From: an uncultured Candidatus Saccharibacteria bacterium
GTDB lineage: Bacteria; Patescibacteriota; Minisyncoccia; Phycocordibacterales; UBA9973
DNA: 64,000 nucleotides
NCBI GenBank assembly: GCA_964606295.1
Contig: CAZSFR010000001.1
Coordinates: 56,504 to 120,503 of the forward strand
Reading direction: 5' to 3'
A model generated the notes under the pieces. It ran no database searches and was not told the origin of the DNA. It saw only the letters and a program-made list of their open reading frames with translations. Position 1 is the stretch's first letter; each line of letters starts with the position of its first letter. Below are positions 29,922 to 39,848 of the stretch, in pieces. A program made the translations under genes and the position numbers.

Positions 29922-31658
29922 TTATAGCAGAACAGCTTTGATACGTCGTACACCCTGTGAAGATGCTTCCTCTTTCTGAATTTTGAAAGTCCCGAGTTCA
30001 CTAGTATTTGCTATATGTGGACCACCACAGAATTCTTTTGAAATCGCATTTTTGTTCTCATCCTCTATCATATATACTGAAACCATATCTGGATATTTTG
30101 CACCGAACTCCATCTCAGCCCCTATCTTTTCGGCTTCTTCTCGTGGCATTTCACATTTCACTACAGCGAGTCCTTTTGCAATATTTCCATTTACAATATC
30201 CTCCACTCGCTTCTTCTCTTCATCTGTCATCTTCCTGTCAAAAGCAAAGTCCATGCGAAGCCTTTCTTCGGTAATATTGCTTCCCCGTTGTTTTACATCT
30301 TTGCCTAGTACGTGCTTTAGTGCAGAGAGTAATAAGTGGTGTGCAGTATGCAGTTTGATGGTTTGTTCATTGTGATTTGCAAGTCCGCCTTTGAACATGC
30401 CAGCAGATGAGGTGCGAGAAAGAGATTGATGTTCTGCCATTTTTTTATCAAAATCTACTCTGTCTATTTTTATTCCTTTTTCTTGCGCGAGTTCTTCCGT
30501 AAGTTCTATTGGAAATCCATATGTTGTAGCTAGTGTAAAAGCATCAGCACCTTTTTCAAATTCTTTTATCCCAGATTCCAAAGTTTTCTGAAATTTAAGT
30601 AATTCTTCTTGTAAAATCTCGTGAACTATGTTTTCACCTATTTGAGGATAAATATCTGAATATATTTTTTTGTAAATACCTACTCTTAAAACCAAAAGCT
30701 GTCCTATGTCTATATGACTTTGTTTTGCGCGAACCATCGCCCTCCTTATTAGGCGTCTCAAAATATACCCTTTATCTTTATTGTCAGGGACAACACCGTC
30801 TGAAATCATAAAAATTGCTGTTCTGATATGATCTGCAATTATCCTTAGAAATTTTTTATTCGGAATAAAACCAAGTTCAGCGCTTTTACTCATTGAACTC
30901 TGTTCTCTGAGATACTGGATTGCGTCGGCAAATATATCCGTATCATAAACACTCTCCACATTCTGCACTGTCGCAAGAAGCCGTTCAAATCCCATTCCTG
31001 TATCGATTCCCAAAGTTTCTGCTTTTGTAAGTTTTGCCTCGCCTTTATCGAGTGCTTCGCGAGATCCATCACAAGTGTATTCATTGAAAACGATATTCCA
31101 GACTTCTACGTCGTCGCCGTTTGCGTTTTTACAATATATTTCTGTCGTTGGTCCACATGGTCCGCCGAGTCCTGTAGGCCCCCAAAAAACATCCGCTCCA
31201 TCTTCACGGATATCTGCTACTCCCAGTGATTCCCAGACCGCACGAGAATCTTCATCTTTTGGAACAACTCCTTCCCCTTTGTAGAAAGTTACATACGAAA
31301 TAGTGAGCTTTAATACTTCCGTTATGAATTCGTGTGCATATTCAATAGCTTCGCGTCGTCCATATCCACCAAAAGAAAAGTTACCGAGCATTTCGAAAAA
31401 TGTCAGATGAGTTGCGTCGCCAACCTCGTCGATGTCGCCTGTGCGAACACATTTTTGACTTGTTGTAATGTTTACGCTGCCGAAGTCTTTGATAGCATTC
31501 TCTGGAGCCCCGTAGTACTGCTTGAACTGCTGCATACCAGCAGTTGTGAAAAGCACCGACGGATCGTTCTCGGGCACAAGCGAGGAAGAAGGCAAAATCT
31601 TGTGCCCTTTTGATTCGAAGAATTTAAGAAAAGCTTCTCTGACTTCATCGGATTTCAT
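29922..31658 (-). CDS. alaS: Alanine--tRNA ligase (short, no C-Ala domain)
   Basis: LFTTAGMQQFK, HLTFFEMLGNFSFG, IDTGMGFER, HTAHHLL, EFCGGPH, GVRRIKA at C-terminus. Confidence 0.97.
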   Translation of the reverse strand: MKSDEVREAFLKFFESKGHKILPSSSLVPENDPSVLFTTAGMQQFKQYYGAPENAIKDFGSVNITTSQKCVRTGDIDEVGDATHLTFFEMLGNFSFGGYGRREAIEYAHEFITEVLKLTISYVTFYKGEGVVPKDEDSRAVWESLGVADIREDGADVFWGPTGLGGPCGPTTEIYCKNANGDDVEVWNIVFNEYTCDGSREALDKGEAKLTKAETLGIDTGMGFERLLATVQNVESVYDTDIFADAIQYLREQSSMSKSAELGFIPNKKFLRIIADHIRTAIFMISDGVVPDNKDKGYILRRLIRRAMVRAKQSHIDIGQLLVLRVGIYKKIYSDIYPQIGENIVHEILQEELLKFQKTLESGIKEFEKGADAFTLATTYGFPIELTEELAQEKGIKIDRVDFDKKMAEHQSLSRTSSAGMFKGGLANHNEQTIKLHTAHHLLLSALKHVLGKDVKQRGSNITEERLRMDFAFDRKMTDEEKKRVEDIVNGNIAKGLAVVKCEMPREEAEKIGAEMEFGAKYPDMVSVYMIEDENKNAISKEFCGGPHIANTSELGTFKIQKEEASSQGVRRIKAVLL

Positions 31659-31683
31659 ACAAGAAATATAGCTTATTTTTGAG

Positions 31684-31719
31684 AATAAAAAAAGCCTTCT
31701 ACTGAAGGCTTTTTTTATT
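31684..31719 (-). terminator. Intrinsic terminator after the MgtC gene
   Basis: aataaaaaaagccttc-tact-gaaggctttttttatt perfect inverted repeat. Confidence 0.8.
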
Positions 31720-32182
31720 GCTGGTCGGCTTTATTATTGTACTTTCTGACTCGTTGCTCAAAATAGAACATGATGACGTAGATGAAAAGGGTGAGAAGCG
31801 TTGCTAAAATAGCAATACTGTAAAGCCCGAAACCTGCGGCCATGCCGATACCTGCTGACACCCAGATACCCACGGCTGTTGTCACGCCTTGTAAATGTTC
31901 ATTATGATAGATTATAAGTCCTGCACCAAGGAATCCGATACCGGTAACGATCTGAGACGCAACTCGTAATGGATCAAAATCGAATGTACCCATGTAAGCA
32001 GAGGTCACCATGAGCGATATAACAACGAAAAGAGCAGAGCCCATCGAAACAAGTGCGTAAGTACGAACACCTGCCATTTTGTTGGCCATGATTCTCTCTG
32101 TTCCTATGAGAACTCCACAAAGCATCGCCACTACAAGTCGTATGAACATGTCTATTGTGCTGAGGTCTTGAAATATTTCCAT
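31715..32182 (-). CDS. MgtC/SapB family protein
   Basis: IGTER, AGVRTYALV, DPLRVASQIVTGIGFLGAG, GVTTAVGIW. Confidence 0.93.
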   Translation of the reverse strand: MEIFQDLSTIDMFIRLVVAMLCGVLIGTERIMANKMAGVRTYALVSMGSALFVVISLMVTSAYMGTFDFDPLRVASQIVTGIGFLGAGLIIYHNEHLQGVTTAVGIWVSAGIGMAAGFGLYSIAILATLLTLFIYVIMFYFEQRVRKYNNKADQQ

Positions 32183-32213
32183 ACAAGAATTGTACTAGGT
32201 TGTCGCATTAACT

Positions 32214-33368
32214 TCAAGCTTCCGCGACGACACCTCCTCCACAACATGTATCATTGTCGTAGAAAACTATTGATTGGCCGACAGCGACCGCTGGTTTTGA
32301 ATCAAGAAATGTCAGAACATACTTCGCTTTTACACTCACAAGTTTTGCCTTGTATCTTTCCCCATGATAGCGAATATTCACATCTATAGTTTCAGGCAAT
32401 AACGAAATTATGTTCACATCTTCTAGAAAAATTTGCCCACTGTTTTCACCTTTGTCTGGATGAGTGTCAGAAACTGTGATTGTGTTTTGCTCAACATCTT
32501 TAGCGACAACAAACATCCTTCCAGCATCAGTTTTTCTCTTTTGAAGTGTGAATCCGTGTCTCTCGCCAAGTGTGTAGAACAGCGCGCCGATGTGCTTGCC
32601 GATGACTTCGCCGCCAATATCCAAAACATCTCCCTCCTTTTGATCCATGTAATGCGAAAGAAATTCTTTCATATCTATCGGACCGATGAAACAAACACCT
32701 TGGCTATCCTTCTTTTCTGCAGTTGGAATACCAACCTTCCGCCCAATGTCTCTGACTTCGTTTTTATTCAAATGTCCAACAGGAAACAAAACATGAGCAA
32801 GATCATCATGTTTGAGAGTCCACAAGAAGTAACTTTGATCCTTAGCTGGATCGATGCCAGCTAATAAATGATAATTTTTAGTTTTGAGTTCATGGCTTTC
32901 GACTGCTCGCGTCGCCTTTGCGACGCGAGCATAGTGTCCTGTCGCTATAAAATCCGCCCCTCTCTCTTCTGCAAATTGCCAAAAAACACCAAACTTCACT
33001 TCTCTGTTGCACATGACATCGGGGTTCGGAGTATTTCCTTTCTTGTATTCCTCTATCATATAGTCAGCAACACCCTTTTTGTAAGCCTCTTCTGCGTCGC
33101 ATTCAAGAAATGGTATGTCGAGAAATGACGCTATGCGCATGGCATCGCGTCTCTCATCTCGCCATGTACACTCAGCGAATTCAGGTTGCCATGTACGAAT
33201 AAACACTCCCGTGACGTCGTAGCCCTTAAACCCCTCTGGTGTCGGACGATCAAATAATTTTTCAAAGTTATTTGGTGTAGCTGTTTTCAGCAGATAAGCG
33301 CTCACTGAGGAATCCACGCCACCAGAGAGACCAATAAAAACCTTTTGTTTCTTATTCTTCACAATCAT
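32214..33368 (-). CDS. mnmA: tRNA 2-thiouridylase MnmA
   Basis: SGGVDS, TPNPDVMCNREVKF, ATGHYAR, KDQSYFL, DSQGVCFIG. Confidence 0.97.
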   Translation of the reverse strand: MIVKNKKQKVFIGLSGGVDSSVSAYLLKTATPNNFEKLFDRPTPEGFKGYDVTGVFIRTWQPEFAECTWRDERRDAMRIASFLDIPFLECDAEEAYKKGVADYMIEEYKKGNTPNPDVMCNREVKFGVFWQFAEERGADFIATGHYARVAKATRAVESHELKTKNYHLLAGIDPAKDQSYFLWTLKHDDLAHVLFPVGHLNKNEVRDIGRKVGIPTAEKKDSQGVCFIGPIDMKEFLSHYMDQKEGDVLDIGGEVIGKHIGALFYTLGERHGFTLQKRKTDAGRMFVVAKDVEQNTITVSDTHPDKGENSGQIFLEDVNIISLLPETIDVNIRYHGERYKAKLVSVKAKYVLTFLDSKPAVAVGQSIVFYDNDTCCGGGVVAEA

Positions 33369-33399
33369 GTTCTACACAATCCAGTCAATTCACGCAAGC

Positions 33400-33945
33400 T
33401 TAAAGTATCATCAACTTCTGATATATCTCAAAAAGTGCCCGCGCGTCTGAAAGTGCCGTATGTGCATTTGAATTTTTGATACCAAAATGTCCACAGAGAG
33501 AGTACAAGGAGTAACGCAAGTCCTCAGTGTTGTGAAGCTTCGCAAACGCAAGCGAGATGGTATCAATTCGCGGATAATGCATTGAATTTGGAACTCCCGA
33601 CTGACGAAATGCCTTATCCATGAACGATGCATCAAAGGAGAGGTTGTGCGAGACAAAAATGCAGTCCTTTGTCTTTTTCGCAAATTCCCCCATTGCCTCA
33701 GAGAGACTATATGCAAATACCCAATCAGCTTCGTTGTAGCCGTTGACACGTAGCGCTTGCGGGTCTGCTGTTTCTATATGAGTTGGCTTGATTTTGATTT
33801 CAAATTCATCAAGTTGTGTCAGAACGAGCTTTCCTGAAGACCAATCCTGTGATGCAATAACACAACCAATAGACACGAGCTCGTGTCTATCAAAATCAAG
33901 TCCTGTTGTTTCTGTATCAACAAATGCTAAGTTGTGTTTTTTCAT
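33400..33945 (-). CDS. DEDDh 3'-5' exonuclease (DnaQ-like)
   Basis: DTETTGL, HNLSFD, HTALSDA. Confidence 0.92.
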   Translation of the reverse strand: MKKHNLAFVDTETTGLDFDRHELVSIGCVIASQDWSSGKLVLTQLDEFEIKIKPTHIETADPQALRVNGYNEADWVFAYSLSEAMGEFAKKTKDCIFVSHNLSFDASFMDKAFRQSGVPNSMHYPRIDTISLAFAKLHNTEDLRYSLYSLCGHFGIKNSNAHTALSDARALFEIYQKLMIL

Positions 33946-34904
33946 TTCAAGTAAAGAGATTTATTTCTTTTATGTTCTTCAAACGTATTTGCGTAGTGTA
34001 TTGTACCATTCTCATCGTGGAGATAGTAAAGGTACGATGTCTGTGTGGGATGAAGAACTGCAGAAAGTGAGACTAATCCTGGATTCCCTATTGGGCCAGG
34101 CGGAAGTCCCTTGTGGATATAGGTGTTGTAAGGAGAATCAGTCTTGAGATCGCTAAGAGAAAGAGGCTCACCCAACTTTAAAAGAGCGTATGCAACAGTG
34201 GCATCTATCTGAAGAGGCATTCCGATACGAAGTCTGTGTGCGATAATACCTGCAATCATCTCTCTGTCATCGTTGCCGTTCGTTTCGGCTTCAATAAGCG
34301 ACGCTACGATGACAATATCGCTTTTGGAAATGGCACTCTTAGCTATGTCGTCTGCGAGACTTCTGGTTTTCGTTTCAAAATTTTTGAGAAGCGTTGAGAC
34401 AATCTCTTCTGTCGAAACTGCAGGAAAAAAGAAATATGTATCAGGGAAAAGGTACCCTTCTTTCTCTTTTGTCAGTTCAGCAAATTTCAACGGGTCAAAA
34501 TTTTTGTATGCCTTGTCCATAATAATCTCGATTTCTTTGTTAGTGAGTCCTTCTGGAATTGTTACTTTCTTATAGGAAATATTGAAATCATGTCCGACAA
34601 GTTGCTTTGCTATCGCCAGGGCTCCGATAGGTTTTTCAAAATAATACTCTCCGTACGCTATGGACTCTTCTCCTCCAACTATGACAACAAGAAACTCGAA
34701 TATAAATCTAGATCGTATAAGATTTTCTTTCTCAAGACGTGCACTGACTAGTCGCAGTCCGTCGCCCTTCTCAACCGTAAGAGTATGCTCTTTTGGGAAA
34801 CTACGTGGAGGAAGTGACGCCATAAGAAACGTAACAAGAAAAAGCAAAACAAGAAGCGATGTTATGGTGTAGCGTTTTCCACCTTTGCCAAAAAGCTTTG
34901 CCAT
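33942..34904 (-). CDS. mltG: Endolytic transglycosylase MltG
   Basis: TIPEG, EGYLFPDTY, ASLIEAE, LQIDAT, SPYNTY..GLPPGPIGNPG. Confidence 0.95.
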   Translation of the reverse strand: MAKLFGKGGKRYTITSLLVLLFLVTFLMASLPPRSFPKEHTLTVEKGDGLRLVSARLEKENLIRSRFIFEFLVVIVGGEESIAYGEYYFEKPIGALAIAKQLVGHDFNISYKKVTIPEGLTNKEIEIIMDKAYKNFDPLKFAELTKEKEGYLFPDTYFFFPAVSTEEIVSTLLKNFETKTRSLADDIAKSAISKSDIVIVASLIEAETNGNDDREMIAGIIAHRLRIGMPLQIDATVAYALLKLGEPLSLSDLKTDSPYNTYIHKGLPPGPIGNPGLVSLSAVLHPTQTSYLYYLHDENGTIHYANTFEEHKRNKSLYLK

Positions 34905-34907
34905 AGA

Positions 34908-36191
34908 CTAGAAAGGTAGGTTTGCCGGAGGCTTAGATGTACGAGTTTCGATACGCTCGATAGTTGGTGTTTCAGTGCTACGTGATGGGAAGTGCCAGAT
35001 CGTTGCAAGCTCTTCAGTATTCAATACGAAATACTCCGGTTTTTGGGACGGGAAAATATATGACCAGATCGGATACTCGTACGAGAGCCAAAACGGCGGA
35101 AAAAAGAGCGTGCGGAGTTTGTAGTACATGAGCATGCGGTTTTTGAGTTTGTATAGTGGTATATCGTAGGGGTTTTGCCACGGATAGTCGTATTGAGTTG
35201 ATCTGACGCGTTTGAAACCGTTTAGGTTGGGACTACTGTATTGTCTCCACATGGTACGAAAACCGCGACGTGTATTGTTATCCCACGCTTCCTTCGTTGC
35301 CACGTACATCGTGCGAATGCCGACATCAAAAGGAATCTTATCTGCGGATCTTTTGATTGCTTCGATCTCTGTCTTCAAATAATCCGGAGTTCTTGCTTCT
35401 TTTGACAAAATATTTCCATCATCATCCCTTGAAACTTTAGTGTACGGTAACAATAATTCTTTCATCAAACGCATTACTTCATCATAGTATCCGTGGTGCT
35501 TAAACAAAGTCCCGTGTGTATGCCATGTTTTGAATGATGCACGGATAATAATCTGCAACCAAAGCTGTTCACCTTTTTTGATTGAGCCCATGTATTCCAG
35601 AACTCCTGTGATAGGGTCATTGCGATACTCATCCTTTGGGTCCTTGTCAAGTCCGAAGTCAACATATGTTTTGATAGGATACGGGTCTTCCTTTGCAAGT
35701 ACCCATTCACATCCCCACGCGTTGTACGGTCCATCTTTGACTAGAGGAGGAATCCTGTGAGAGTAATCCTCTACTTTGGTCAGCTCTACCTGAGGAAAGT
35801 GTGCGTAGAGCTGAGATTCAACTAAATTGCGTAGACGAGACGGTACACGAATAAAGTAGTGTACTTGTCCGTCAATCGAAGCAAGCTCGAGTGAAAACCA
35901 AAACCACGTTGCTCCTTGGATATATATTTCCCATATTCCCTTGTCTGTTTTTTGGTAAAGAGCGTTTGTGATAAAAAGCTCCATTGCAAGTGGACTCTTT
36001 AGCATGTCACGAGGAACTTTGATTTCAATCAAATCCCATTGTATTCCTGCGATAAATCTCTCCGCAACATAGTGGTGCCAAAAAAATTCAGCAAGTATAA
36101 ATAAAATAAGTGGCGCCCAAATAACCCAGAGATCAAAAATGATGAATCCGATGATGCGCCCAAACCATGATGCTAAAAATTCGCCTTCCAT
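34908..36191 (-). CDS. Membrane-anchored protein resembling the non-ATPase N-terminal module of CPR VirD4/TraG-like proteins
   Basis: N-terminal TM, FSLELAS, YAHFP..E..VEDY, YPIKTY, LNTEELATIWHFP; no Walker motifs. Confidence 0.55.
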   Translation of the reverse strand: MEGEFLASWFGRIIGFIIFDLWVIWAPLILFILAEFFWHHYVAERFIAGIQWDLIEIKVPRDMLKSPLAMELFITNALYQKTDKGIWEIYIQGATWFWFSLELASIDGQVHYFIRVPSRLRNLVESQLYAHFPQVELTKVEDYSHRIPPLVKDGPYNAWGCEWVLAKEDPYPIKTYVDFGLDKDPKDEYRNDPITGVLEYMGSIKKGEQLWLQIIIRASFKTWHTHGTLFKHHGYYDEVMRLMKELLLPYTKVSRDDDGNILSKEARTPDYLKTEIEAIKRSADKIPFDVGIRTMYVATKEAWDNNTRRGFRTMWRQYSSPNLNGFKRVRSTQYDYPWQNPYDIPLYKLKNRMLMYYKLRTLFFPPFWLSYEYPIWSYIFPSQKPEYFVLNTEELATIWHFPSRSTETPTIERIETRTSKPPANLPF

Positions 36192-36195
36192 AATT

Positions 36196-36705
36196 TTAGT
36201 ATTTTACATCTCGCTTATAAGTACGTGAGGAATCATCAGCATTTCTAAACAACAGATATCCTGACAAAGATGATGTCGTGTCTGGGTACACTAGTGTCGT
36301 AACAAAACTAGTCGTTGTCGTTGTGCCTCCTCCCAAAACAGAAACTGGAATTTCAGTCGTTAGCGGTGTGCCTGATGCGGAATAAAGTCCGACATAGGCA
36401 ATGCCGTTGGATGAAGCCTGCCAACCGCAACCGTTCACGTATCCTTGTATAACGAGAGGGCTCGATATGGATTGGTTATCTGCCGGAGTTTCTACAATGA
36501 TTCCACACACAATGTCGTTTGCTGTGGGACTGTCTGTGTCTGCTGAAACTATTACATCATCTGGAATAGGGACTGTTGGATTGACGGGTTCATATGCATG
36601 CTTGATATTCTGACTAAAGAATCCTATCAAGACCAAACACAATATTAGCCCGATAATCAAAAGAAGTGGCGCAATAAATCCCTTTTGAGATGTCGATTGA
36701 TTCAT
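36196..36705 (-). CDS. Gmad2-like Ig-domain membrane-anchored protein
   Basis: KGF plus TM, IIVETP...ISSPLVIQG...W. Confidence 0.65.
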   Translation of the reverse strand: MNQSTSQKGFIAPLLLIIGLILCLVLIGFFSQNIKHAYEPVNPTVPIPDDVIVSADTDSPTANDIVCGIIVETPADNQSISSPLVIQGYVNGCGWQASSNGIAYVGLYSASGTPLTTEIPVSVLGGGTTTTTSFVTTLVYPDTTSSLSGYLLFRNADDSSRTYKRDVKY

Positions 36706-36736
36706 ACTACTAGTATACCGAAAAGTAGGAAAAGTA

Positions 36737-36772
36737 ACAAAAGAACCCAGACATATGTCCGGGTTCTTTTGT
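36737..36772 (-). terminator. Intrinsic terminator
   Basis: acaaaagaacccagaca/tgtccgggttcttttgt near-perfect inverted repeat. Confidence 0.75.
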
Positions 36773-36779
36773 GTTTGTT

Positions 36780-37814
36780 TTATCCTGCGAGTGAGTACAA
36801 TCCGTTCTTATTCTTTTTGAAGTACTTTGCATTCTGGAGATTTACTAAAATAGTGTTTCGCTTGAGATATCTCTCTTTGAGAACTTTGTCGATAATATCA
36901 TCTTTTGCTAGAGGACCATCTTTCTTCAAAATATCTTTGATAACTTCCCTAACAACTCCGGACTTATATCCCCATTCACGAAGTGCGTACATACCGCGAC
37001 CGACGAGAACAAAACGTGAATCCTTGATAAGTTCGTTGTGGCAGGTTGCAACATGAGTCTTCTTCCCAAATGTTGCCTCTATAGCTTTTGCAACTTCTCT
37101 AAAATGCATTGGTGAGCCATGTTTTCGCATGACAAGGTAGGCAAAATCTTTTACACCACGAGTTTTCACACTTGATGATGTTGATTTACCCCACTCTCCA
37201 AGAGGGTTTCGAGAAATACCCTTTGATAGATATAGCCATCTCTTCGCCAACTCCTCGTTTTTGTATTCACTTGAAAGATCTTTCAAGTGTGAGATGAATC
37301 TATTGACCATGTCAGGTTCGGTTACGAGCTCATCGTCAGAAAGTGAACCGTAAAGATTTTTGAGAGCAATATGAACAGATTCTGCAACTTCATGTTTGAC
37401 ACTCCATCGCGCTTTGAAATGTTCATCCTCCTTGTGTTTGCTAAAGGCGTCTCCAAGAACTAGATAGAAGTGTACGTGATTCTGGGCAACTTTGTCCTTT
37501 GCGATAGACGTAAGGAAATCCTCTTCTGAAACTATGGCTCCCATATTGTGAATCATTGCTTCGAGTTCATCAAATATTTCTTTCTCCTTTCTATAAGAAT
37601 CTGATTTGCGAATTGCAATAAGTGCGGCATTTTCTATCTGACGAACACGCTCTCGTGTAATACCATATTTTTCACCAATAGTTTCAAGTGTTTTTCTGTC
37701 GTCTTCTTGAAGACCAAAACGGCCCGTTATAACCTCGTGAGCCCTCTCCTGTAAATCATTTAATAGTCTCTTCGTTACTTGCTTTGGTTTGAATGAAATT
37801 TGCTTATTTGACAT
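36780..37814 (-). CDS. Sigma70 region-4 HTH fused to C-terminal HARE-HTH (RpoE-delta-like) domains
   Basis: RFGL...TLETIGEKYGITRERVRQIE; PMHF..VA, HNELIKDSRFVLVGRGMYAL.EWG; start MSNKQ. Confidence 0.8.
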   Translation of the reverse strand: MSNKQISFKPKQVTKRLLNDLQERAHEVITGRFGLQEDDRKTLETIGEKYGITRERVRQIENAALIAIRKSDSYRKEKEIFDELEAMIHNMGAIVSEEDFLTSIAKDKVAQNHVHFYLVLGDAFSKHKEDEHFKARWSVKHEVAESVHIALKNLYGSLSDDELVTEPDMVNRFISHLKDLSSEYKNEELAKRWLYLSKGISRNPLGEWGKSTSSSVKTRGVKDFAYLVMRKHGSPMHFREVAKAIEATFGKKTHVATCHNELIKDSRFVLVGRGMYALREWGYKSGVVREVIKDILKKDGPLAKDDIIDKVLKERYLKRNTILVNLQNAKYFKKNKNGLYSLAG

Positions 37815-37923
37815 ATAGTGAGTTTGTTTCGGATTGATTAAATTTAAATTCTTTGAATATTTCCATAATATCACGACATCAAACAATAGTCAAATGTGGA
37901 TAACTATTAGTATTTTGACAAGT

Positions 37924-39705
37924 CTATTTAGTTCTTATTGCTTTGTTCCTATCTATTTCCGTGAGATATTTCTTGCGTAAACGTACATTGTGAGGCGTAA
38001 TTTCCAAATATTCATCTTCATTCATCACCTCAAGTCCACGTTCGATTGAGAGTGTCCATGGAGGAACGAGATTGATCGCTTCATCTGTACCAGATGCACG
38101 AACGTTGGTAAGCTGTTTACCTTTGACTGGATTGACGGACATTTCCTCACCTTTTGATGTATTTCCAAGTACCATTCCTTCGTATACTTCTGTAGCTGGC
38201 CCGATGTAGAGCACTCCTCTTTCTTGCAAATTCCAAAGTGCGTATCCTGCCGTTTTGCCGGCAATCATTGTCACCATAGACCCAACATCTTTTTTCTTTA
38301 TCTCACCTGCATGTGCCATAAATCCTGTCACACGAGCAGAGAGAATTCCCTCGCCTTTTGTATCAATAACAAACTGTCCACGATAACCCAAAAGTCCACG
38401 TGTTGGCATTTCGAAAACAATACGTGTCACACCATCTTTCTCCTTCATTTCAAGCATTGATGCGCGACGACGAGTTAGCTTTTCGATCACAGCACCTGAG
38501 TATTCACTTGGTACATCAACAATAACTTCTTCAAATGGTTCAGATTTTACCCCGTCTACATTCTTGATTATAACTTTGGGTTGAGATACTTGTAACTCGT
38601 ATCCCTCTCGGCGCATGTTTTCCAAAAGTATTGCAATGTGTAGTTCACCACGTCCTGAGACAATATATGTTTCGTCAGTGAAATCTACCCGTAAACCAAC
38701 GTTGATTTCAAGTTCTTTCTCAAGTCTTTCACGAATTTGACGTCCAGTTACAAATTTTCCTTCACGACCGGCAAAAGGAGAATCATTAACGAGAAACTGA
38801 AGCGAGATGGTTGGCTCGTCAATAGCGATAGCGCCCTTTGGCTCTACGCTTTGATCAACACCGATTGTTTCCCCTATATAAATGTCTGGTATGCCCGCAA
38901 CGAGCGCAATATCACCAGTGACCAATTCTTTGACTTCTTCGCGTGCAAGCCCGTTGAAATTCATGAGTTTTGTGATTCGGCCATTTCGTGATGTGCCGTC
39001 TGGCTTTTTGACAACAACAATACTACCGGTCGCTATTTTGCCAGCATAGACACGGACGAGTGCTAAACGTCCGAGAAAATTGTCGTACGCTAGGTTAAAT
39101 ACTTGCGAAACAAATGGCGCGTTTGTGTCACCAGATGCGAGTGCGACTTTTTCTAATATGAAGTCCAAAAGAGGTTCTAACGTCGTGGATTCTTCGTCCA
39201 ATGTTCGCTTTGCTATTCCCTGACGTCCGATAGCATAAAGAGTCTCAAAATTAAGTTGTTCGTCCGTTGCACCAAGTTCCATGAAAAGTTCAAAGACTTC
39301 ATCGTGAACTCGTTTTGGGTCAGACTGTGGTTTGTCTATCTTGTTGATGATGACAATTGGTTTTAGTCCTAGTTCAAGTGACTTTTTGAGTACAAATCGA
39401 GTCTGAGGCATCGGACCTTCAACGGCGTCAACCAAAAGTAAGACTGCGTCGATAGCACGAAGGACGCGTTCAACCTCAGAGCCGAAGTCTGCGTGACCAG
39501 GGGTGTCGACTATGTTTATCTTAGTCCCCTTAAAAATGACAGATGTGTTTTTGGAGTAAATAGTGATTCCTCGTTCCTTTTCGAGATCGTTTGAGTCCAT
39601 CGAAGCACCTTCTGGCAACATGTTGCAGAATTTCATAAGTGCATCGGTAAGAGTTGTCTTGCCGTGGTCGACGTGTGCGATTATTGCGATGTTTCTGATT
39701 TCCAT
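37924..39705 (-). CDS. typA: Translational GTPase TypA/BipA
   Basis: AHVDHGKTT, DTPGHADF, NKID, GRGELH, C-terminal EITP..RLRK; start MEIRN. Confidence 0.97.
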   Translation of the reverse strand: MEIRNIAIIAHVDHGKTTLTDALMKFCNMLPEGASMDSNDLEKERGITIYSKNTSVIFKGTKINIVDTPGHADFGSEVERVLRAIDAVLLLVDAVEGPMPQTRFVLKKSLELGLKPIVIINKIDKPQSDPKRVHDEVFELFMELGATDEQLNFETLYAIGRQGIAKRTLDEESTTLEPLLDFILEKVALASGDTNAPFVSQVFNLAYDNFLGRLALVRVYAGKIATGSIVVVKKPDGTSRNGRITKLMNFNGLAREEVKELVTGDIALVAGIPDIYIGETIGVDQSVEPKGAIAIDEPTISLQFLVNDSPFAGREGKFVTGRQIRERLEKELEINVGLRVDFTDETYIVSGRGELHIAILLENMRREGYELQVSQPKVIIKNVDGVKSEPFEEVIVDVPSEYSGAVIEKLTRRRASMLEMKEKDGVTRIVFEMPTRGLLGYRGQFVIDTKGEGILSARVTGFMAHAGEIKKKDVGSMVTMIAGKTAGYALWNLQERGVLYIGPATEVYEGMVLGNTSKGEEMSVNPVKGKQLTNVRASGTDEAINLVPPWTLSIERGLEVMNEDEYLEITPHNVRLRKKYLTEIDRNKAIRTK

Positions 39706-39848
39706 ATTTTTGATATGAGACAAAATAAAAATCTGCGCTTCCGCAGAAAGTAACAAATGTATGATAACAGAAAATCGTAAATTGTCAAAATTTATATTGA
39801 ACTAGCAAATATGCCAAATTTACCGTATGCTTAATTCAAACCTTAACT

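Noticed and set aside
37895-37903. Replication origin
   Set aside because: Single DnaA-box sequences only; no cluster and no dnaA/dnaN nearby.
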